Assembly: GCA_051747585.1 (NCBI GenBank)
Contig: JBNJGH010000046.1
Location: 1 to 24,243 of the forward strand
Length of the DNA: 24,243 nt
Source: Candidatus Rifleibacteriota bacterium
Lineage (GTDB): Bacteria; Muiribacteriota; Ozemobacteria; Ozemobacterales; Ozemobacteraceae
Direction: 5' to 3'
The position numbers and the translations under genes are program-made. Each line of letters opens with the position of its first letter. Positions within the stretch are counted from its first letter, which is position 1. Below are positions 23,342 through 24,243 of the stretch, one piece after another. Below the pieces are notes generated by a model. It was not told the origin of the DNA. It ran no database searches and saw only the letters and a list, made by a program, of their open reading frames with translations.

Positions 23342-23950
23342 TTAGACCTCAACAATCTCAAAGGGATCGACCCAGACACCTTTGTAACAATCTATTTCAT
23401 TTTCCTGATATTCAATTGTAAAAGAGGTTCTTTTTGGTCCGAGCAAATCAATATAGTTATAAGTTTCATTAGGAATAATTCTAAAAGGCAACTCGCCCTG
23501 AGCACCAACCATAGTACAGGTGTTTTTTTCTACTACAGTCATACGCTGACGGTTGATCATAATTGCGCCACCAACTTTTATTTCTTCAAAAGCCGGCAAG
23601 GGAACATTTTTTTTAACCAGAGTTTCAATTGCAATATCGCCTTCATCGACGGAAACCCATGATTCTTTGCCACTATCACCTCTGACGAACCATTCGTCCC
23701 ACCAACCATCGCCATAGTCGTAACGAACTCTTCCAACCGGAGTAAAACGCCAATCCTGATACTTGTATTTTTTGTATATCTCAAAAATACTGGGCATATC
23801 GGTTAGAACTGCTGATTTTCCAACATCTTCCATTTTGCCGTTGGTAAGAAGGTGAGTAGAGTTGCAGGCCGGACAAACCACCATCTGGGGAGATTTTGTT
23901 GCCTGATTAATAATATTGCCACATGAGGGACAGGTTAAACTTACAGCCAT
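23342..23950 (-). CDS. Zn-ribbon plus DUF4178-like soluble protein
   Basis: CPSCG...CPAC, GRVRYDY-GWWDEW, WVSVDEG, GAQGELPF. Paralogous to the N-terminal part of the downstream gene. Confidence 0.75.
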   Translation of the reverse strand: MAVSLTCPSCGNIINQATKSPQMVVCPACNSTHLLTNGKMEDVGKSAVLTDMPSIFEIYKKYKYQDWRFTPVGRVRYDYGDGWWDEWFVRGDSGKESWVSVDEGDIAIETLVKKNVPLPAFEEIKVGGAIMINRQRMTVVEKNTCTMVGAQGELPFRIIPNETYNYIDLLGPKRTSFTIEYQENEIDCYKGVWVDPFEIVEV

Positions 23951-23990
23951 CCTCTAATTTCTCCAGACTTTATTTATGTACTAACTCAAT

Positions 23991-24018
23991 AATATAATTT
24001 AGACGCGACAAATGTAAA
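23991..24018 (-). promoter_or_regulatory. Putative sigma70 promoter of the polyamine operon
   Basis: TTTACA-16bp-TATATT (or TATTAT at 18 bp), about 40 bp before the ATG at 23950. Confidence 0.45.
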
Positions 24019-24035
24019 GAAGAGTTTTTAAGTGT

Positions 24036-24242
24036 TTAAAGGTTTATTTGAACCAATCTCTTTTCCAACTCTTTTATCGCACTGACATCGCGGGTCAGAG
24101 CGAATCTTACATAACCTTCGCCTGAAGCGCCGAATCCCGACCCCGGAGTAGTTACCACTCCACATTTATCCATCAATTCCATGGTAAATTCCATTGAAGT
24201 TCTACCTTCGGGGCATTTTACCAGAACGAAAAATGAACCTGC
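24036..24242 (-). CDS. PLP-dependent class I/II aminotransferase C-terminus (LL-DAP aminotransferase-like), partial
   Basis: Manual translation gives AGSFFVLVKCPEG...GVVTTPGSGFGASGEGYVRFAL...INL*. Runs off the window edge. Confidence 0.85.
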   Translation of the reverse strand, partial: AGSFFVLVKCPEGRTSMEFTMELMDKCGVVTTPGSGFGASGEGYVRFALTRDVSAIKELEKRLVQINL

Positions 24243-24243
24243 A

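Overview
AT-rich bacterial chromosomal window with no integrase, transposase, phage or CRISPR signal. I cannot assign taxonomy from it. Left to right it carries the 3' end of an Fe-S aldo/keto reductase, an AtoE-family transporter, a minus-strand operon of seven tRNAs (Pro, Gly, Arg, His, Arg, Lys, Lys), a patch of nested REP-like palindromes and corA. Next is a sigma54 module: an activator lacking a regulatory domain, divergent from a -24/-12 promoter that drives a 57-aa charged peptide with an (AG)10 3' tail. Then come an Rrf2 regulator, cmoAB, a pseudo-receiver PP2C phosphatase, a Fur/PerR regulator, a secreted C26 hydrolase, a cytoplasmic hybrid kinase, a second sigma54-driven small exported protein, a TIGR01212 radical SAM enzyme, a Na/Pi cotransporter, a REC-Hpt protein, a 53-aa membrane protein missed by the ORF track, and hflKC. 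The right end holds a six-gene membrane polyamine operon (two Zn-ribbon/DUF4178-like genes, a small peptide, DUF350, a membrane aminopropyltransferase, speD) and the 3' end of a DapL-like aminotransferase. The best candidates for undescribed biology are the sigma54 module, the polyamine operon with its internal RNA hairpin, and the nested REP elements. Family calls come from motif recognition, not database searches.
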